From Naegleria gruberi (taxonomy: Eukaryota), in the NCBI GenBank assembly GCA_000004985.1, contig GG739266.1: DNA of 2,375 bases; one strand, written 5' to 3'. The position numbers and the translations under genes were made by a program. Each line of letters begins with the position of its first letter. The first letter of the stretch is position 1. Below the pieces are notes generated by a model. It ran no database searches. It saw only the letters and a list, made by a program, of their open reading frames with translations, and was not told the origin of the DNA. Positions 1 to 2,375 of the stretch are shown here, piece by piece.

Positions 1-164
1 ACTTCTGAAACTCCAACACCTCAACCAGAACCAGTTGTTAAATGTGGATCACTGAAGATGAAATAACTGTTATGGAAATGGTACTTGCATCAATGGTGTC
101 TGTGCTTGTAATTCAAACGTAAATGGTACATATTGCAATGAAACAAATTCTGATTCTCCAACCT
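1..164 (+). pseudogene. Frameshifted, degenerate copy of the repeat unit, near-identical to 561-743. It is either a decayed unit at the 5' edge of the array or an assembly or sequencing lesion.
   Basis: Positions 1-47 are identical to 561-607 and 1560-1606 and read TSETPTPQPEPVVKCG in frame 1. Relative to the sister copy at 561-743 there are four indels. 'ggtatcact' becomes 'ggatcact' (a 1-nt loss near 48). 'gatgagaataac' becomes 'gatgaaataac' (a 1-nt loss near 63). 'ccaacagaacc' becomes 'ccaacctgaacc' (a 1-nt gain near 163). 'atcaaatgtgg' becomes 'atttgtgg' (a 3-nt loss near 175). As a result the unit reads in frame 1 up to 47, in frame 2 from 65 to 163 (NCYGNGTCINGVCACNSNVNGTYCNETNSDSPT, then TGA at 164-166), and in frame 3 from 165 onward. 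Frame 1 ends in TAA at 64-66 and frame 3 has TAA at 120-122. None of the indel sites is a homopolymer. Confidence 0.45.
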
Positions 165-2375
165 GAACCAATTATTTGTGGTACAACTGAGGAAGAAAGC
201 AATTGTTATGGTAACGGCACATGTCTTGATGGATTGTGCATCTGTGTTGAGGGTATGAACGGAACATACTGTAATGAAACAACTGCTTCAGAACCTCAAA
301 TTCCAACTGAACCAGTTAAATGTGGATCAACCATTGAAGAAAATAATTGTTATGGAAATGGAACATGCGTAAATGGTATTTGTATTTGCAACTCTAATGT
401 AAATGGAACATACTGTAATGAAACAACTGCTTCAGATCCTCAAATTCCAACTGAACCAGTTAAATGTGGATCAAGTATTGAAGAAAATACTTGTTATGGA
501 AATGGAACTTGCATCAATGGTATTTGTATTTGTAATACAAACGTTAATGGAACCTTCTGTAATGAGACTTCTGAAACTCCAACACCTCAACCAGAACCAG
601 TTGTTAAATGTGGTATCACTGAAGATGAGAATAACTGTTATGGAAATGGTACTTGCATCAATGGTGTCTGTGCTTGTAATTCAAACGTAAATGGCACATA
701 TTGCAATGAAACAAATTCTGAATCTCCAACAGAACCAATAATCAAATGTGGTTTCACTGAAGATGAGAATAATTGTTATGGAAATGGTACCTGTATTGAT
801 GGAATTTGTGTTTGTTACGGAAGTGCAAATGGCACATTCTGTAATGCAACAGAAACAAAGATACCAGGTCAAACAGAACAAATTAACTGTGGTATAACTA
901 TAGATGAGAACACTTGTTACGGAAATGGTACTTGCATCAATGGTGTTTGTAATTGTGATGTTGGTGTGAATGGCACTTATTGTAATGAAACAACACATGA
1001 GCCTCAACCAGAACCTGTTGTTAAATGTGGTTTCACTGAAGATGAGAATAATTGTTATGGAAATGGAACTTGTTTGAGTGGTGTCTGTATTTGTAATTCA
1101 AACATTAATGGTACATATTGCAATGAAACAAATACAGAACCAGTTACTCCAGAACCAGAACCTGTCAAATGTGGTGAAACATTGGAAGAAAATAACTGTT
1201 ACGGAAATGGAACCTGTTTAAATGGTATTTGTGTTTGTAAGTCAAACATTAATGGTACATATTGCAATGAAACTACATCAGAACCAGTTATCCCACAACC
1301 AGTACCAATTAAATGTGGTGAAACATTGGAAGAAAATACTTGTTATGGAAATGGTACATGTGTAAATGGTATTTGTATTTGCAACTCTAATGTAAACGGT
1401 ACTTTCTGTAATGAAACAACTCCAGAAACTCCAATTCCACAACCTGAACCAATTAAATGTGGAACAACCATTGAGGAAAATAGTTGTTATGGAAATGGAA
1501 CATGTGTAAATGGTATTTGTATTTGTAATACAAACGTTAATGGTACATTCTGTAATGAAACTTCTGAAACTCCAACACCTCAACCAGAACCAGTTGTTAA
1601 ATGTGGTTTCACTGAAGATGAGAATATTTGTTACGGAAATGGAACTTGCATTAATGGTATTTGTGTTTGTAATTCAAACATTAATGGTACATATTGCAAT
1701 GAAACTACATCAGAACCAGTTATCCCACAACCAGTACCAATTAAATGTGGTGAAACATTGGAAGAAAATACTTGTTATGGAAATGGTACATGTGTAAATG
1801 GTATTTGTATTTGCAACTCTAATGTAAACGGTACTTTCTGTAATGAAACAACTCCAGAAACTCAAATTCCAACTGAACCAGTTAAATGTGGATCAACCAT
1901 TGAAGAAAATAATTGTTATGGAAATGGAACTTGCATGAATGGTATTTGTGTTTGTATTACCAACGTTAATGGAACCTTCTGTAATGAAACAAGTCATGAG
2001 CCTCAACCAGAACCTGTTGTTAAATGTGGTTTCACTGAAGATGAGAATAATTGTTATGGAAATGGAACTTGTTTGAATGGTGTCTGTATTTGTAATTCAA
2101 ACATTAATGGTACATATTGCAATGAAACAACATCAGAACCAGTTACTCCACAACCTGAACCAATTAAATGTGGTGAAACATTGGAAGAAAATACCTGTTA
2201 TGGAAATGGTACATGTGTAAATGGTATTTGTATTTGCAACTCTAATGTAAACGGAACATTCTGTAATGAAACAACTCCAGAAACTCCAATTCCCCAACCT
2301 GAACCAATTAAATGTGGATCAACCATTGAGGAAAATAGTTGTTATGGAAATGGAACATGTGTAAATGGTATTTGT
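123..2375 (+). CDS. Partial CDS: the 3' end runs off the window and the 5' boundary is unreliable. The product is a secreted or surface-type protein made of about 15 tandem EGF-like cysteine-rich modules separated by Pro/Thr/Glu-rich linkers, and it is probably heavily N- and O-glycosylated.
   Basis: I translated the + strand by hand with codon starts divisible by 3. After the TAA at 120-122 there is no stop through 2375, about 750 codons. About 15.5 units of 46-48 aa follow, each with six Cys at EGF-like spacing: KC-x9-C(YGNGT)C-x4-C-x-C-x8-C then NET. The unit period is always a multiple of 3 (144, 141 or 138 nt), so the frame holds across the array. Differences between copies are often synonymous (tgt/tgc, tat/tac, ggt/gga/ggc, aat/aac), consistent with purifying selection on the protein. 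The ATG at 123-125 is only the first in-frame Met. It falls inside repeat sequence read out of frame (the 'aaatggtacat' of an NGT motif), and MVHIAMKQILIL... is not a convincing signal peptide. The repeat frame is properly restored only from about 165 (gaa cca att att tgt ggt). The true start is therefore probably upstream of the window, or the 5' copy is defective. Confidence 0.78.
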   Translation, partial: MVHIAMKQILILQPEPIICGTTEEESNCYGNGTCLDGLCICVEGMNGTYCNETTASEPQIPTEPVKCGSTIEENNCYGNGTCVNGICICNSNVNGTYCNETTASDPQIPTEPVKCGSSIEENTCYGNGTCINGICICNTNVNGTFCNETSETPTPQPEPVVKCGITEDENNCYGNGTCINGVCACNSNVNGTYCNETNSESPTEPIIKCGFTEDENNCYGNGTCIDGICVCYGSANGTFCNATETKIPGQTEQINCGITIDENTCYGNGTCINGVCNCDVGVNGTYCNETTHEPQPEPVVKCGFTEDENNCYGNGTCLSGVCICNSNINGTYCNETNTEPVTPEPEPVKCGETLEENNCYGNGTCLNGICVCKSNINGTYCNETTSEPVIPQPVPIKCGETLEENTCYGNGTCVNGICICNSNVNGTFCNETTPETPIPQPEPIKCGTTIEENSCYGNGTCVNGICICNTNVNGTFCNETSETPTPQPEPVVKCGFTEDENICYGNGTCINGICVCNSNINGTYCNETTSEPVIPQPVPIKCGETLEENTCYGNGTCVNGICICNSNVNGTFCNETTPETQIPTEPVKCGSTIEENNCYGNGTCMNGICVCITNVNGTFCNETSHEPQPEPVVKCGFTEDENNCYGNGTCLNGVCICNSNINGTYCNETTSEPVTPQPEPIKCGETLEENTCYGNGTCVNGICICNSNVNGTFCNETTPETPIPQPEPIKCGSTIEENSCYGNGTCVNGIC
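1221..1430 (+). repeat. Higher-order repeat copy A of the 432-nt (three-unit) super-period.
   Basis: The roughly 210-nt block 1221-1430 recurs at 1653-1862, an offset of exactly 432 nt, with a single mismatch that I could find (aag at 1238-1240 versus aat at 1670-1672). Unit types cycle as FTEDEN, ETLEEN, (S/T)TIEEN through 1023-2375. Confidence 0.9.
1653..1862 (+). repeat. Higher-order repeat copy B of the 432-nt super-period.
   Basis: Near-identical to 1221-1430 (see above). The linker 'ccaattccacaacctgaacca' in copy A is replaced by 'caaattccaactgaacca' after the block ends. Confidence 0.9.

Larger units (their letters stand above)
1..2375 (+). repeat. Coding tandem-repeat array of about 16.5 units, 138-144 nt each, covering the whole window.
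   Basis: The anchor 'aaatgtgg' (K-C-G; 'aactgtgg' at 885 and 'atttgtgg' at 174) recurs with the C1 codon tgt at 43, 177, 321, 465, 609, 747, 888, 1026, 1170, 1314, 1458, 1602, 1746, 1887, 2025, 2169 and 2313. The spacings are 134 (the frameshifted unit), then 144, 144, 144, 138, 141, 138, 144, 144, 144, 144, 144, 141, 138, 144, 144. Unit boundaries, counted from the codon before C1, are 40-173 (defective), 174-317, 318-461, 462-605, 606-743, 744-884, 885-1022, 1023-1166, 1167-1310, 1311-1454, 1455-1598, 1599-1742, 1743-1883, 1884-2021, 2022-2165, 2166-2309 and 2310-2375 (partial). Confidence 0.95.

Noticed and set aside
55-70. An 'AAA TAA' sequence in frame 1 (61-66) resembling the Euplotes +1 programmed-frameshift motif. 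A +1 slip here would in fact continue into a perfect NCYGNGTC... module.
   Set aside because: The second frame break at 164-166 (acc TGA) does not fit. In Euplotes TGA is Cys and read-through gives junk. The long ORF uses no TGA, TAA or TAG anywhere among roughly 100 Cys and roughly 40 Gln codons, so a ciliate code is unlikely. A simple 1-nt deletion relative to the sister copy at 561-743 ('gagaat' to 'gaaat') explains it.
120-125. TAA at 120-122 followed by ATG at 123-125, taken as a genuine stop and start (gene boundary).
   Set aside because: The ATG is the 'aaATGgta' of an N-G-T motif read out of frame. The following 14 codons (MVHIAMKQILILQP) are repeat sequence in the wrong frame and do not form a signal peptide. 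I kept 123 only as the formal first Met of the open frame.
403-690. ORF-track + strand ORF of 95 aa (MEHTVMKQLLQILKFQ...).
   Set aside because: It is in frame 1 and lies wholly inside the long frame-3 repeat ORF. Its product is low-complexity (VMEME, LNQNQLLNVVSL). It exists only because the repeat happens to lack stops in a second frame.
681-1007. ORF-track - strand ORF of 108 aa.
   Set aside because: It is antisense to the EGF-repeat frame. The product is dominated by I, T, N and C runs (ITNTNTI...) and has no domain-like pattern. It is periodic with the sense repeat.
1238-1243. 'gtaagt', a perfect 5' splice-donor consensus.
   Set aside because: It arises from a single t-to-g change (aat tca to aag tca, N to K) within an otherwise full-length, in-frame unit. 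There is no downstream branch, polypyrimidine or AG context, and the unit length is unchanged.
1278-1583. ORF-track - strand ORF of 101 aa.
   Set aside because: Another antisense reading of the repeat, with the same reasoning as 681-1007. Its peptide is internally repetitive with the sense unit period.
1510-1797. ORF-track + strand ORF of 95 aa (MVFVFVIQTLMVHSVMK...).
   Set aside because: It is the same off-frame reading of the repeat as 403-690. The two peptides are near-identical to each other, as expected for an artefact of the repeat.
1-2375. Regularly spaced direct repeats that might be mistaken for a CRISPR array.
   Set aside because: The period is 138-144 nt with no repeat/spacer alternation. 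The whole unit, 'spacer' positions included, is conserved and protein-coding in one frame. There is no leader sequence and there are no cas genes.
1-2375. Promoter, terminator, RBS, tRNA, rRNA, or IS and transposon ends.
   Set aside because: The window is entirely within a coding repeat array, and I saw no inverted repeats, hairpin followed by a T-run, or RNA-gene-like structure. The many AT-rich hexamers resembling -10 boxes are expected by chance at this base composition.

Overview
The whole window sits inside one tandem-repeat array of about 16.5 units, each 138-144 nt (46-48 codons). From roughly position 165 to the window end, one + strand reading frame (codon starts divisible by 3) is open with no stop codon. 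It encodes repeated six-cysteine modules with EGF-like spacing (C-x9-C-x5-C-x4-C-x-C-x8-C; typical unit KCGETLEENTCYGNGTCVNGICICNSNVNGTFCNETT), joined by short Pro/Thr/Glu/Gln-rich linkers such as PETPIPQPEPI. Each unit carries 3-4 N-x-T sequons (NGT, NET). Together with the AT-rich, standard-code codon usage, this looks like a eukaryotic-type secreted or surface glycoprotein (AT-rich protist or giant-virus style), not a typical bacterial gene. The organism cannot be named from the sequence. The gene runs off the 3' end of the window, which is presumably why the supplied ORF track does not list it. The four ORFs that are listed are off-frame or antisense artefacts of the repeat. Three things deserve a second look. 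First, the 5' copy (1-164) has three single-base indels and a 3-bp deletion relative to its near-identical sister at 561-743, so it is either a pseudogenised copy or an assembly or sequencing lesion in the array. Second, the units are arranged in higher-order repeats: a recent, almost perfect 432-nt three-unit repeat in the 3' half, and a trace of an older ~560-nt four-unit repeat in the 5' half. Third, conservation is strongly position-specific, with an invariant CYGNGTC / NGT[FY]CNET core and free linkers, and there are many synonymous differences between copies, which argues for real coding under selection. I found no RNA genes, CRISPR array, mobile elements, promoters or terminators.
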